Shown here: positions 1 through 13,433 of the stretch, in pieces | How the letters are laid out: each line of letters opens with the position of its first letter | Position numbering within the stretch: the first letter of the stretch is position 1 | Assembly (NCBI GenBank): GCA_047284725.1 | Contig: JBJBEO010000001.1 | Location: forward strand, 32,001-96,000 | Length of the DNA: 64,000 bases | Reading direction: 5' to 3' | Origin: Synechococcus sp. | GTDB lineage: Bacteria; Cyanobacteriota; Cyanobacteriia; PCC-6307; Cyanobiaceae | Program-made: the position numbers and the translations under genes | The notes under the pieces: model-generated | Database searches by the model: none | What the model saw: only the letters and a program-made list of their open reading frames with translations | Told to the model about the DNA's origin: nothing

Positions 1-2460
1 CAGCTGAAGGAGGAGGGCAAGACCCGCCACGACCTCGGCCGTGAGGCGTTCCTGGAGCGGGCCTGGCAGTGGAAGGCCGAAAGCGGCGGCCGGATCGTGG
101 GTCAGCTGCGGCGGCTGGGTTATTCGGTGGATTGGAAGCGCCAGCGCTTCACCCTGGATGAGGGCCTGAGTGAGGCGGTGAAGGAGGCCTTCGTACGGCT
201 GCACGAACAGGGGCTGATTTACCGCGGTGAGTACCTGGTGAACTGGTGCCCCGCTTCCGGTTCGGCGGTGAGCGATCTGGAGGTGGAGATGAAGGAGGTG
301 GACGGCCACCTCTGGCATTTCCGTTATCCCCTCAGCAGCGGCGATGGCCACCTGGAGGTGGCCACCACCCGGCCGGAAACGATGTTGGGTGACACGGCGG
401 TGGCGGTGAACCCCACTGACGAGCGCTATGCCCACCTGGTGGGCCAGACCCTCACCCTTCCCTTTGTGGAGCGGGAGATTCCGATCGTGGCCGACGACCA
501 CGTGGAGAAGGAGTTCGGCACCGGCTGCGTCAAGGTGACGCCGGCCCACGACCCCAACGATTTCGCCATCGGCCAGCGCCACGGTCTGCCCCAGATCACG
601 GTGATGCGCAAGAACGGAACGATGAACAAGGAGGCCGGTCAGTTCGAGGGGCTGGATCGCTTCGAGGCGCGAAAAGCCGTGGTGGCTGGCCTGGAGGAGC
701 TGGGGCTGCTGGTGAAGGTGGAGGACTACCGCCACAGCGTTCCCTATTCCGATCGCGGCAAGGTGCCGGTGGAGCCTCTGCTCTCCACCCAATGGTTTGT
801 CAAAACCGAGCCCCTGGCTGCTCGCTGTCGTGAGGCCCTCGAGAAGCAGGACCCCCGTTTCATCCCCGAGCGCTGGGAGAAGGTCTACCGCGACTGGCTC
901 ACCGACATCCGCGATTGGTGCATCAGCCGCCAGCTGTGGTGGGGCCATCGCATCCCCGCCTGGTTCGTGATCAGCGAAACCGGCGGCAAGTACACCGACA
1001 CCACGCCCTACGTGGTGGCCCGCAACGAAGCCGAAGCCCTGGAGAAGGCCAAGGCGGAGTACGGCGCGGCGGCGGAGATCGAGCAGGACGAAGACGTGCT
1101 CGACACCTGGTTCTCCAGTGGCCTCTGGCCCTTCTCCACCCTGGGTTGGCCCGATGCCGATAGCGCCGACCTGCAGCGCTGGTACCCCACCAGCACCCTG
1201 GTGACGGGCTTCGACATCATCTTTTTCTGGGTGGCCCGGATGACGATGATGGCTGGCGCCTTCACCGGCGAGATGCCCTTCCAGGACGTCTACATCCACG
1301 GCCTGGTGCGGGATGAGCAGAACCGCAAGATGAGTAAGAGCGCTGGCAACGGCATCGATCCGCTGCTGTTGATCGACCGCTACGGCACCGATGCCCTGCG
1401 TTTCGCCCTGGTGCGGGAAGTGGCCGGTGCGGGTCAGGACATCCGCCTGGACTACGACCGCAAGAAGGACACCTCCGCCACGGTGGAGGCCTCGCGCAAC
1501 TTCGCCAACAAGCTCTGGAACGCCACCCGCTTCGCCCTGATGAACCTCGGCGGCGAAACGCCGGCTCAACTTGGGGACCCCGATTCCGCAGCCCTGCAGC
1601 TGGCGGACCGCTGGATCCTCTCCCGCCTGGCCCGGGTGAACCGGGAAACGGCTGAGCGCTACAGCCGCTACGGCCTCGGTGAAGCCGCCAAGGGCCTCTA
1701 TGAGTTCGCCTGGAATGACGTCTGCGACTGGTATCTGGAGCTGAGTAAGCGCCGGCTCAACCCAGGCGACAACCCCTCCGCCGAGGCCCTTGCTGATCAG
1801 CGGGTGGCCAAGCAGGTGCTGGCCAAGGTGATCAGCCAGATGCACCTGATGCTGCATCCCTTGATGCCCCACCTCACTGAGGAGCTCTGGCACAGCGTCA
1901 CCGGTGAGCCAGAGACCATCTTCCTGGCCCTGCAGCCCTGGCCGGCCCTGGATGAAAGCGCTCTGGATGATGCGTTGGAAGCCTCCTTCGCTGAGCTGAT
2001 CGGTGCCATCCGTGTGGTGCGCAACCTCCGGGCGGTGGCGGGCCTGAAGCCCTCCCAATCGGTACCGGTGCGTTTCGTCACCGGCCGCGGCGAGCTGGCG
2101 GCTGTGCTCACCCAGGGCACGGCTGACATCACGGCGCTGACGCGAGCCGAGTCGGTGGCGGTGATGGCGCCGGCGGAAGCTGATGCAGCTCCGGTGGCCA
2201 AGGCCCTGGCGGGGGTGAGCGGTGAGCTGCAGGTGCTGCTGCCGATCGAAGGGCTTGTGGATCTCGATGCGCTCAAGGGCCGCCTTGAGAAAGACATCGC
2301 CAAGGCCGAGAAGGAGATCAAGGGCCTGGCCGGTCGGCTGGGCAATCCCAACTTCGCGGACAAGGCACCGCCGGAGGTGGTGGCGGAATGCCAGGCCAAC
2401 CTGGATGAGAAGCAGGCTCAGGCCGATCTGGCTCGCAAGCGCCTGGCGGATCTGAGCTGA
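1..2460 (+). CDS. valS: Valyl-tRNA synthetase (5'-truncated by window edge)
   Basis: Frame is open from base 1 ([15 protein letters not shown]...). Contains [35 protein letters not shown] and the C-terminal coiled coil. Confidence 0.98.
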   Translation, partial: QLKEEGKTRHDLGREAFLERAWQWKAESGGRIVGQLRRLGYSVDWKRQRFTLDEGLSEAVKEAFVRLHEQGLIYRGEYLVNWCPASGSAVSDLEVEMKEVDGHLWHFRYPLSSGDGHLEVATTRPETMLGDTAVAVNPTDERYAHLVGQTLTLPFVEREIPIVADDHVEKEFGTGCVKVTPAHDPNDFAIGQRHGLPQITVMRKNGTMNKEAGQFEGLDRFEARKAVVAGLEELGLLVKVEDYRHSVPYSDRGKVPVEPLLSTQWFVKTEPLAARCREALEKQDPRFIPERWEKVYRDWLTDIRDWCISRQLWWGHRIPAWFVISETGGKYTDTTPYVVARNEAEALEKAKAEYGAAAEIEQDEDVLDTWFSSGLWPFSTLGWPDADSADLQRWYPTSTLVTGFDIIFFWVARMTMMAGAFTGEMPFQDVYIHGLVRDEQNRKMSKSAGNGIDPLLLIDRYGTDALRFALVREVAGAGQDIRLDYDRKKDTSATVEASRNFANKLWNATRFALMNLGGETPAQLGDPDSAALQLADRWILSRLARVNRETAERYSRYGLGEAAKGLYEFAWNDVCDWYLELSKRRLNPGDNPSAEALADQRVAKQVLAKVISQMHLMLHPLMPHLTEELWHSVTGEPETIFLALQPWPALDESALDDALEASFAELIGAIRVVRNLRAVAGLKPSQSVPVRFVTGRGELAAVLTQGTADITALTRAESVAVMAPAEADAAPVAKALAGVSGELQVLLPIEGLVDLDALKGRLEKDIAKAEKEIKGLAGRLGNPNFADKAPPEVVAECQANLDEKQAQADLARKRLADLS

Positions 2461-2461
2461 G

Positions 2462-3439
2462 TTGGTGATTCAGGTTGAGGGGCTGAGTAAGACCTACCGG
2501 GTGGCCGAGAAGCAGCCTGGTTTGGCCGGCACCCTGCGCCATTTCGTCCGCCGCCGCACCAGGAATGTGACGGCGGTGCAGGACGTCTCCTTTCGGATTG
2601 AGCCCGGCGAGATGGTGGGTTTTCTGGGTGCCAACGGCGCCGGCAAGACCACAACTTTGAAGATGCTCTGCGGCCTGATCCATCCCAGCGCTGGGGAGGT
2701 GTTGGTGGCGGGTCACCGGCCGCAGTCCCGCCAGGCGGAGTTTCTGCGCCGGATCACCTTGGTGATGGGCCAGAAGCAGCAGTTGCTCTGGGACCTGCCG
2801 CCGATGGATTCGCTGCGCGTGAATGCGGCGGTGTACGGCATCCCCGATGGCGTGGCAAGGCGGCGAATCAGTGATCTGGCCGACCTGCTGGAGCTCGGGG
2901 AGGAACTCACACGGCCGGTGCGCAAGCTTTCCCTGGGTCAGAGAATGAAGGCCGAATTGCTGGCAGCGCTGCTGCACGAGCCGGAGGTGCTGTTTCTCGA
3001 TGAACCGACCCTGGGACTGGACGTGAATGCCCAGGCCCGGGTGCGGCAGTTTCTGGCGGAGTACAACCGCCGCACGGGAGCAACGGTGCTGCTTACTAGC
3101 CACTACATGGCTGACATCACGGCGCTCTGTCCCCGGGTGCTGCTGATCCACCGGGGGCGGTTGTTCCACGACGGTCCCCTTGAGGCGTTGGCGGATCAAT
3201 TGGCGCCGGAGCGGGAGGTGCGACTGGAACTGGAGTCTCCGGTGGAAGCGGATGCCTTGGCGGGGTTGGGGCGTCTGGAGCAGTTGGAGGGCTGTGATGT
3301 GCGTCTGTTGGTGCCTCGCGATCAGCTCACTGCTGTGGTGGCGCAGCTGTTGGATCGCTTCCCGGTGCGCGATCTGGATGTGACCGATCCACCGATCGAG
3401 GAACTGATCGGTGGGCTGTTCCGTCAGGGGCGCCTTTGA
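2462..3439 (+). CDS. ABC transporter ATP-binding protein (ABC-2 exporter type)
   Basis: Walker A GANGAGKTT, signature LSLGQ, Walker B LFLDEPT, H-loop TSH. Confidence 0.93.
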   Translation: MVIQVEGLSKTYRVAEKQPGLAGTLRHFVRRRTRNVTAVQDVSFRIEPGEMVGFLGANGAGKTTTLKMLCGLIHPSAGEVLVAGHRPQSRQAEFLRRITLVMGQKQQLLWDLPPMDSLRVNAAVYGIPDGVARRRISDLADLLELGEELTRPVRKLSLGQRMKAELLAALLHEPEVLFLDEPTLGLDVNAQARVRQFLAEYNRRTGATVLLTSHYMADITALCPRVLLIHRGRLFHDGPLEALADQLAPEREVRLELESPVEADALAGLGRLEQLEGCDVRLLVPRDQLTAVVAQLLDRFPVRDLDVTDPPIEELIGGLFRQGRL

Positions 3440-4236
3440 TGCGGATCTTCGGGTTGAACCGTCGGATCATCCGCGTGTTGCTGGGTTCCCAGTACGCCCA
3501 CATGCTCGAGTACCGCGCCGAGATCGCCCTTTGGGCTCTTTCCGGGGTGCTGCCGTTCATCATGCTCAGCGTCTGGAGCGGCAGCGACGCGCGTTCGGGG
3601 CTGGGGCTGGATGGTGTGGCCCTGGATCGCTATTTCCTCAGCGCCTTTCTGGTGCGCCAGTTCTCGGTGGTGTGGGTGGTCTATGCCTTCGAGGAAGACG
3701 CTCTGCTCGGCCGGCTCTCGCCCTATCTGCTGCAACCGTTGCACCCGCTCTGGCGTTATGTGGCGGCCCACCTCGGTGAGCAGCTCACCCGTCTTCCCTT
3801 CGCGGCTCTGATTGCGGCGGTGTTCTTGGCGGTGCAGCCCCAGGCTTTCTGGTTGCCCTCCTTGGGCGGGTTTCTGTTGGCCTGGCTGGCCACCTGGCTG
3901 GCGTTTGCCATCGCTTTTCTGTTTCAGAGCATGATCGCGGCCTTGTGCTTCTGGAGTGAGAAGGCCAGCGCTCTGGAACGGCTCCAGTTCATCCCATTCG
4001 TGTTTCTTTCCGGCTTATTGGCCCCCCTCACCGCCTTCCCTCCGGCGGTGCGGGCTTGGGCCCAGTGGACGCCCTTCCCCTACCTGATTGATTTTCCGGC
4101 GCGGGTGCTGGCGGGGCTACCGGTGGACTTGATGAAGGGTTTTGGGGCGCAACTGGTCTGGATTGCCGTTTTGTTGCCCCTGGTGCTCCTGCTCTGGCGG
4201 GCCGGCGTGCGGCGCTACAGCGCCATGGGGGCCTGA
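3439..4236 (+). CDS. ABC-2 family permease
   Basis: About six hydrophobic segments; overlaps neighbours at stop/start; G.LS.YLLQP motif. Confidence 0.88.
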   Translation: MRIFGLNRRIIRVLLGSQYAHMLEYRAEIALWALSGVLPFIMLSVWSGSDARSGLGLDGVALDRYFLSAFLVRQFSVVWVVYAFEEDALLGRLSPYLLQPLHPLWRYVAAHLGEQLTRLPFAALIAAVFLAVQPQAFWLPSLGGFLLAWLATWLAFAIAFLFQSMIAALCFWSEKASALERLQFIPFVFLSGLLAPLTAFPPAVRAWAQWTPFPYLIDFPARVLAGLPVDLMKGFGAQLVWIAVLLPLVLLLWRAGVRRYSAMGA

Positions 4237-5024
4237 TGGGGCGGTACTGGCGAACCCTCCGTCGCTTCTGGGGCACGGCCGTGGCGGTGCAGCTGGAGTA
4301 CCAGGCCAATGTGTTGATCGAGCTGCTGGCGGTGGCGATGAGCCTCAGCGGCAGCCTGTTTCTGCTCTCGTTGTTCTATGGCCCTGATCAGACGTTGGGG
4401 GGCTGGAGTTGGGCCCAGGCCCTGATGGTGCAGGGGCTCTACACCGTGTTCGATGGCATGGCCAGCACCTGGTTGCGTCCGAACCTTGGGGCGATCGTTA
4501 CCCATGTGCGCGAGGGCACCCTGGATTTCGTGCTGCTCAAGCCGATCGACAGTCAGTTCTGGCTCTCGTTGCGAACGCTGTCGCCAGCGGGGTTGCCGGA
4601 AATCGGCCTCGGGTTCACGTTGCTGCTTTGGGGCGCTGCTCAGGCTGATGTGGCGCTCACCTGGCCGGCATGGCTCACCATGTTGGTGATGCTTATGGCC
4701 GGTGCTTTGATCCTTTATGCGCTCTGGTTTCTGATTGCCGCCACCAGCATCTGGTTTGTGAAGACCTGGAATGCAACCGAGGTGCTGCGCACCCTGCTGG
4801 CTTCAGGTCGCTATCCCCTGGACGCTTATCCGGCTCCTCTGCGTCTGCTGTTCACGCTGGTTCTTCCCGTCGCGTTCCTGACCACGGTGCCGGCCGAAGC
4901 ATTATTGGGCAGGTCTCATGCGCCGATCCTGTGCCTCGGTATCGGCTTGGCCACTGGCTTTTTTGCGCTGGCCCGATCCTTCTGGCTGTATGCGCTGCGG
5001 TTCTACACATCCGCTTCGAGCTGA
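4236..5024 (+). CDS. ABC-2 family permease (DUF990-like)
   Basis: Hydrophobic; REGTLDFVLLKP and RYP motifs; TGATG overlap with the upstream permease. Confidence 0.88.
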   Translation: MGRYWRTLRRFWGTAVAVQLEYQANVLIELLAVAMSLSGSLFLLSLFYGPDQTLGGWSWAQALMVQGLYTVFDGMASTWLRPNLGAIVTHVREGTLDFVLLKPIDSQFWLSLRTLSPAGLPEIGLGFTLLLWGAAQADVALTWPAWLTMLVMLMAGALILYALWFLIAATSIWFVKTWNATEVLRTLLASGRYPLDAYPAPLRLLFTLVLPVAFLTTVPAEALLGRSHAPILCLGIGLATGFFALARSFWLYALRFYTSASS

Positions 5025-5064
5025 TGCTGCTTGGCGTGATCCCCGCTTGTGAATGGCATCCCAC

Positions 5065-6072
5065 TCAGGAAGCGTTTTCGAAGTAGAGCGTCTGAGTGGG
5101 GTAGGCAAAATCAATCCCCTTCTCTTCAAAGCGTCTCAGGATGTCCAGATTGATCCGCTGTTGCGTATCCATTGCGGTTCCATAATCCTGGGTGTCGATG
5201 TGATAAACGAGTTCCAGATCCAGACTGCTTGCTCCGAACTCAACGAAGTGACATCGTTCAAAACGTGCGTGGCTTGTGCCATCAATCACGTGTTGAATCA
5301 ACTCTGGAATTCTTGCAAGCGTGTCGTGGCTGGTCTGATAGGTGACGCCGAGTCGGTAAATCATGCGGCGTTCTTTCATTTCTGCAAAGTTAGAAATCGT
5401 CGAGGTGGTCAGAAAAGAATTGTTCATCACAATCGTCTCTCCCCGCAGGCTTCTCAGCCGTGAAGACCGTACGCCAACTTTTTCAACTGTTGCCCAGACG
5501 TCGCCGACATTGATGAACTGACCAACGGAAAATGGTTTGTCGATCAGAATCATCAGATAAGCAAACAGTTCCTGGGCCGGCTCCTTGAGGGCCAGGCCGA
5601 TGCCGATGCCGCCTGCGCTCAACACTGCCCAGACAGCCGCCATCGGGAATCCGAGTGACTGAAGGCAGGTCAGGATTGCAATGGTCCAGATCGCGGCTCT
5701 GATCAGAGGCGTGATCGATGTGATTAAGGTGTCGAGCCCGTCTTTTGCATTTCTCCTGGCGAAGATCTCCAGGCTGCGCAGCAGAATGCTGTTGAAGATC
5801 CTGACGAGGATGATCAGCGTTGAGAATCGAAGCAGGATTCTCCAGGTCTGCAGCAGGTTCGCCTCAAGAGATAAGTTGTCCTGAAGCAGGAACAGCGTGA
5901 AAAGTATTCCGAGCGGGATGACATATTTGGAGAGTCGTCTGACGACGAAGTCGTCAAATGTGCTCTTGCTTCTGGAGGTCAGTTTGGGAAGCAAGCCGCG
6001 AATGAAAAAGGCCAGGATCGCTGTGACGGCAATGCCAACGATGAGATCGGTGATCCATCCTTCCATTGTCAA
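5065..6072 (-). CDS. MscS-family mechanosensitive channel
   Basis: N-terminal TM helices, GIGIGLALKE, DKPFSVGQFI, VEKVGVRSSRLR, C-terminal GIDFAYPTQT. Confidence 0.92.
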   Translation of the reverse strand: MTMEGWITDLIVGIAVTAILAFFIRGLLPKLTSRSKSTFDDFVVRRLSKYVIPLGILFTLFLLQDNLSLEANLLQTWRILLRFSTLIILVRIFNSILLRSLEIFARRNAKDGLDTLITSITPLIRAAIWTIAILTCLQSLGFPMAAVWAVLSAGGIGIGLALKEPAQELFAYLMILIDKPFSVGQFINVGDVWATVEKVGVRSSRLRSLRGETIVMNNSFLTTSTISNFAEMKERRMIYRLGVTYQTSHDTLARIPELIQHVIDGTSHARFERCHFVEFGASSLDLELVYHIDTQDYGTAMDTQQRINLDILRRFEEKGIDFAYPTQTLYFENAS

Positions 6073-6142
6073 CCTGACCCGTGTCGGAGGCAGATGATAC
6101 CGGGCTCAATGCCTTCTCTGACCAGTGGCGATCGTCTTTTGC

Positions 6143-7504
6143 TTATGGCCTTTGGGTGTTGCCGTTGTCGGGCGTTTCCGGCAGGTGCTCCTGTGCCTGC
6201 TCATCGGCCTCTTTGTCGTTGGGTGGCAGGCTTTGCTCTGCTGAAGGGGGCCAGCGCATCGGATACACCTGTCGCTGTGGAAACGGAATGGTGATTCCCT
6301 CCTGTTCGAATCGTTTCCAGATCGCCTGACGCAAGGCGCTGGCAACGCTGAAGGATTGCAGGGGATTGCCGACCCAAAACAGCAGCCTGTAGTTCACAGA
6401 CGAATCCGCGAACTCAGTTACGAAGCCCTGGGGAGGGGGATAGGTGAGCACCAGGTTGTGGGCGATGGCGACGGACTCCAGCAAAGCCACCACCCGTTCG
6501 GGGTCATGGTGATAGGCCGCACTCACATCGACTTTGTCGCGACGAGAGGTTTCCGTTGCCGTGAAGGAAGTGGCCTCCTCGGTGAAAAAGATCTGATTCG
6601 GGATCAGCAGTTCGGCCCCGTCCCGACCACGGCGTAGCTGGGTGGCCCGCAGTCCAAGCTTGTGCACTGTGCAGGGATCGCCGTTGATCATCAGGATTTC
6701 TCCTGGCCGTACGGAGCCTTCAAACAGCAGCCAGATGCTGCTGATGAAGTTGGAGATGATTTCCTTGGTGCCGAAGCCGATGCCCACCGACAGCCCCCCG
6801 GCGATGGCAATGAACGCGGTGCCGTCGATGCCCACGTAATAGGCCACAGCCAGCAAGCCCACGCCGATCACGCTGTAGCGGAACAACAATTCCATGCCTT
6901 TGCGGTTCTGCTCTTTCACCCCGAAGATCTGACCGCTCAACCAGGCCATGAATGCCGCTGGTCGCGACGCCACGGTGAGGATGACGTACACGGCAATGAT
7001 CGCGGTGTAGATCTTGCCAAGGCTCAATTCCACATTGAACAGATAAGCCACAGGGATCCGGGCCAAATTCTCCAGACTGCCCATCAGCCGGATGAAGGAG
7101 AGCGTGGCCAGGATCACGTAAACGGGTTTGAGGAATGTGCTTTGCAGCTCATCCACTGGAAAGGTGTTGTTGAAGTGGAGGAGCAGCGTTCTCAGCGGTG
7201 TGAATAGATTCCAGCCCAGCCAGAGCAGGCCGAAGTAGTGGATCAGTCCGCCGGGCACTTGCAGGAGTGAGAACGCTGCGCTGATCAGCAGCAGCAGCAA
7301 CGGCCCGATCAGGATTTGCAGGTTCGGTCGGTTGCGCAGCGGCGCCTGGTGCAGTCGTTTCCATCTCCGGATCAACAACGGCACGCCGATCACCACGGCC
7401 AGTTGCAGCAGCACCACGCTCCTTTGCAGGTACACCAGCCAGCTGAGTAGTTCTTCGACAACGGCTTCAGGGGCAACCGTGCTGAGTAACGGAATCAAGG
7501 TCAT
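6143..7504 (-). CDS. MscS-family channel with extended N-terminal TM region
   Basis: GGLSVGIGFGTKEIISNFISS, LFEGSVRPGE, GLRAT, GITIPFPQRQV. Confidence 0.92.
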   Translation of the reverse strand: MTLIPLLSTVAPEAVVEELLSWLVYLQRSVVLLQLAVVIGVPLLIRRWKRLHQAPLRNRPNLQILIGPLLLLLISAAFSLLQVPGGLIHYFGLLWLGWNLFTPLRTLLLHFNNTFPVDELQSTFLKPVYVILATLSFIRLMGSLENLARIPVAYLFNVELSLGKIYTAIIAVYVILTVASRPAAFMAWLSGQIFGVKEQNRKGMELLFRYSVIGVGLLAVAYYVGIDGTAFIAIAGGLSVGIGFGTKEIISNFISSIWLLFEGSVRPGEILMINGDPCTVHKLGLRATQLRRGRDGAELLIPNQIFFTEEATSFTATETSRRDKVDVSAAYHHDPERVVALLESVAIAHNLVLTYPPPQGFVTEFADSSVNYRLLFWVGNPLQSFSVASALRQAIWKRFEQEGITIPFPQRQVYPMRWPPSAEQSLPPNDKEADEQAQEHLPETPDNGNTQRP

Positions 7505-8766
7505 GGTTGTTCCTCGCGCAGGCTTGTCTGGAGAGCTTCGGCGGCTTCTGTGCTGGTGCTTGTGCCAAACACCACGCTGTTGAGGATGCTGTTGACCTGT
7601 TTCATCTGCTCGGGTTTGGCGCCTAGGGCGGCGAGCAGGGCATTGGCATGGCGGGTGCTGGGCTTGTCGGTGAGCCCGAGCTCAACGCTGTCGTTGCTGA
7701 TGAAATGCTCACCAGCGAGTTGCCTCTGCACGATCGGTGCCACCTGGGGGTTGATCGGAAAGGAGGTGCGGTATTTGAGCGCCATGGTTTTTTGGGCCCA
7801 GGGCTCCACCATGAACTGAAGCAGTGCAATGCTCTCGCGCCGTTGACGGGCGCTCGAGTTCCGGCCCAGGCTCCAGACCTGGAGCCTGGTGATCGGTGTG
7901 GCCTGGCCGATGGGTCCGCTGGGCAGGGTTGTGATCCCTAGGTGTTCCTTCAGCTCAGCCCTCAGCTGCGGCAGTTGGGAACTCCAGCAGGTGATCCAGT
8001 CGAGTTTCCCCTGGATGAACTGGCTCCTCAACCCCATTTGGTCGTTGAGAAACAACACGTTCTGCTGGAAACTCGCCGATCGCATCCAATCCAGCCATGC
8101 CAGCAGGCGCCGACTGTCTGCTGCGCTTGTCGCCTGTTGATCGAGCGACGTCTGCAGGGCCGATGTGGCTGCGAAGCCCCCCAGGGTCCAGTACAGATCT
8201 TCGAGATGCATGGCGAAGCCGAACACCTTGCCCTGGCTGCTGGCTGTCTCCAGCGCCTTGAGCGTTTTGGGGGGCGTCGGAAGGCGTCGTTTGTCGTAGC
8301 AGGCCAGTTGCACGTACTGGCTCATGGGGATGCCGGCGATCACCCCTCCGGGCGTTGTCACCCGCTCAAGCGCGATCGGTGAAATCTGAGCTTTCTGCTT
8401 CGGCGTCAGTGTGACTGGCTCGGTGAGCGTCTGATCCAGCAGCGCAAGGGCATTGGTTCCGTTGGTGATGATCAGATCTGGACCGAGTCCACTGCCTGTT
8501 TGCCGTCTGATTTCCTTGATCAGATTGGCTTGCGAGATGCTGGTGGGGTAAAGACGCAAGCCAGGATCAAAGTCCTGCAGCAGGGTCGCCACTTCTTTCA
8601 CCACGTGCCGGTCGCGCATGGATTCCTCCATGTTCAGCTCGCCCGGATCAGTGGTGCTTTTGGCCACGCGCAGAACCCGTGGTAGCCCCGGGTTGCAGCC
8701 ACTCACCATCCCTGCCAGGAGTGCCAGCAGAGCTACGCGCGTCCAGATGGAAGGGTGGGCAGCCAT
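7501..8766 (-). CDS. Extracellular solute-binding lipoprotein (sugar/cluster-B-like)
   Basis: Signal peptide with lipobox VSGC; GPDLIIT, YDKRRL..PPKTL..L and FIQGK segments typical of family-1 SBPs; 4-bp overlap with the downstream MscS gene. Confidence 0.8.
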   Translation of the reverse strand: MAAHPSIWTRVALLALLAGMVSGCNPGLPRVLRVAKSTTDPGELNMEESMRDRHVVKEVATLLQDFDPGLRLYPTSISQANLIKEIRRQTGSGLGPDLIITNGTNALALLDQTLTEPVTLTPKQKAQISPIALERVTTPGGVIAGIPMSQYVQLACYDKRRLPTPPKTLKALETASSQGKVFGFAMHLEDLYWTLGGFAATSALQTSLDQQATSAADSRRLLAWLDWMRSASFQQNVLFLNDQMGLRSQFIQGKLDWITCWSSQLPQLRAELKEHLGITTLPSGPIGQATPITRLQVWSLGRNSSARQRRESIALLQFMVEPWAQKTMALKYRTSFPINPQVAPIVQRQLAGEHFISNDSVELGLTDKPSTRHANALLAALGAKPEQMKQVNSILNSVVFGTSTSTEAAEALQTSLREEQP

Positions 8767-8884
8767 GGGGGCCAGTGGCTGGTGTCGGTCTGCAGTGTTG
8801 CCAGGTCTGGCCCTTGTGGCATGAACTGGTCAGAAAGCTTGCCCTTTTTGGATCAAGGTCTGGGTTGGTCCCAGATCGGTCAAC

Positions 8885-9538
8885 ATGGCGGCGGCTGTAC
8901 GTGCTGGTTCCTTGGCTGAGGTCTCGTCATCGCTGATGCCATGGCTGGATGCCTTGCGCAGCCCGTTGGGGGCCTTGCTGTTTATCCCGCTCTACGCCGT
9001 GTGGGTGACGTTGCTGCTGCCGGGCGTCTGGGCTTCGATGCTGGCAGGTGTGCTCTACGGCACCTGGTGGGGTAGCGGTGTGGTGTTCGTCGGCGCCTGC
9101 CTTGGGGCTGAAGTGGTGTTTCTGCTGGGTCGCCACTGGTTGCGAGGCTGGGCGCAGGCCCGTCTGGCCCGATTCCCGAGTCTTCAGGCCGTGGAGCGAG
9201 GCGTGAGCCGTGAGGGGCTGAAGCTCGTTCTGCTCACCCGACTCTCGCCAGCCTTCCCTTTTTCCCTGTTGAATCTCGCCTATGGCCTCAGTGAAGTGTC
9301 GCTGCGGGATTACAGCCTCGGTTTGCTGGGAATTCTTCCTGGCACCGTTCTTTTTTGTGCGCTCGGGGCTCTGGCGGGTGATGTGGCACGGTTTGGTGAT
9401 GTGCTGGCTGGAGAAGCCTCACCGGGTGCCTGGGCTCTGCGGTTGGTGGGGGTGATCGCCACGATCGGGGCGGTGTGGCTGGTGGGTCGATCGGCTCGGC
9501 GTGTGTTGGAGAACGAAGCGGCCAAGGCTCAGGATTGA
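8885..9538 (+). CDS. TVP38/TMEM64 (DedA/VTT) family membrane protein
   Basis: FLLGR and LLTRLSPAFPFSLLNLAYG motifs; alternative start at ATG 8936. Confidence 0.88.
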   Translation: MAAAVRAGSLAEVSSSLMPWLDALRSPLGALLFIPLYAVWVTLLLPGVWASMLAGVLYGTWWGSGVVFVGACLGAEVVFLLGRHWLRGWAQARLARFPSLQAVERGVSREGLKLVLLTRLSPAFPFSLLNLAYGLSEVSLRDYSLGLLGILPGTVLFCALGALAGDVARFGDVLAGEASPGAWALRLVGVIATIGAVWLVGRSARRVLENEAAKAQD

Positions 9539-9689
9539 TCCGGTGCCCTCAGGCGTGCATCGCGGATTGCGGCGATCAACACAAACCAAAGCAGGCGAAG
9601 CTTGGCGATCGTTCCGGGCCGCCTCGCGAGCTCGGCATACTTTGCGCGGCCGCAGTCAGTTTTGATCCAGCGATGGATGGGCTGCTCAG

Positions 9690-10805
9690 TCATGGGGTGG
9701 TGTCAGCTTCGGGTGAATAGCGCAGGATTTGGGTGGGAATGACGCTGATGTTGATTTCCACTGCCTGGATGCCGTAGTCATGGATGGCACGACGGCGGAT
9801 GTCCTCTTGGATGTCTTGAAGCCCGAGTTTGCTGATGAGACTGGTGGGAACGTTCAACACCATGTCGATGGTGGCGTTGTTGTTGGCCACGCGCACATTG
9901 CTGTACAGCAAACGAATGCGCCGCAACGTCTGCAGATCCGCTCCCGATGGTCGGCGCTGTTGGATGAGGCCGGCTTTGAAGTGGGCAAACTGGCTGTTGA
10001 TCTGTTGACGCACACTGAAATCGTGCAGTGCTGAGGACAGCGGGATGCAGAGCAGCCCCAGCAGGCCCAGCCACACCAGCAGGTGTCGCCAGGCTTTGCG
10101 AATGGTGCCGTAGCGCTGCACCATGAACACCATGAGGCTGGCCACGGTGATGCCGATCAGGTTGGCGAGGAAGAGAAGAAAGGACCCCTCAGCCACTTGA
10201 TTGGTGAGTCCGGCGATGGTGCCTCGCCCGAACACGGCCACGAGTTCCGGGCCGAGGCTGAGGCCGATGCCACTGACGCAGAGGGGAGGCACCAAGGCCA
10301 CCGCAATGGCGACCCCAGCGATCGAGTTGGACAACTTGTCCCGCGTGATGGTGAAGGCACCGGCGACGGCAGCAGCCACCGCAATCACAAGATCGATCAG
10401 GTTCGGCGCGGTGCGAGCCGTCATCTCACGGTTAACTTCACTGGCACCAAAGACCAGCGCCAACAGCCACGCCGTGCACACCACTGTGGTGATGCCGATG
10501 ATCACAGTGATCGCCGACCGCTTCGCCAAGCGGTTGTCAGCGATGGAGAGCCCGAAGGCAAGACTCAGGATCGGGTCCATCAGTGGAGCCACGATCATGG
10601 CGCCAATCACCACAGCGGTGCTGTTGGAGATCAATCCCAGCGTGGCGATCACCGCCGAGCAGATCAGCAACACGAAAAAGCCAAGCGATGGCTTGGACGA
10701 GGCGATCCGTGCCTTGTAGAGCTCTCTGGGCGGCACCCGGGTCTCCAGGTTCAGTCGCCACTCGCCGGTGATGTTGTCAATGGCACGCCTGAGCAGGGTG
10801 CTCAT
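9690..10805 (-). CDS. DUF389 / TIGR00341 family membrane protein
   Basis: NSTAVVIGAMIVAPLMDPI and GVAIAVALVPPL motifs. Confidence 0.88.
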   Translation of the reverse strand: MSTLLRRAIDNITGEWRLNLETRVPPRELYKARIASSKPSLGFFVLLICSAVIATLGLISNSTAVVIGAMIVAPLMDPILSLAFGLSIADNRLAKRSAITVIIGITTVVCTAWLLALVFGASEVNREMTARTAPNLIDLVIAVAAAVAGAFTITRDKLSNSIAGVAIAVALVPPLCVSGIGLSLGPELVAVFGRGTIAGLTNQVAEGSFLLFLANLIGITVASLMVFMVQRYGTIRKAWRHLLVWLGLLGLLCIPLSSALHDFSVRQQINSQFAHFKAGLIQQRRPSGADLQTLRRIRLLYSNVRVANNNATIDMVLNVPTSLISKLGLQDIQEDIRRRAIHDYGIQAVEINISVIPTQILRYSPEADTTP

Positions 10806-10818
10806 GGGTTGGTTCCAT

Positions 10819-13336
<2,518 letters not shown>

Positions 13337-13433
13337 CGACGCCGCACGATTGAAAATCGCTGTGAGTCTGACTGACGGGTGCCCATCGCGGGCAGACTGC
13401 GCGGGTTGGATCCCCGCACCGATTCACTGCCCC

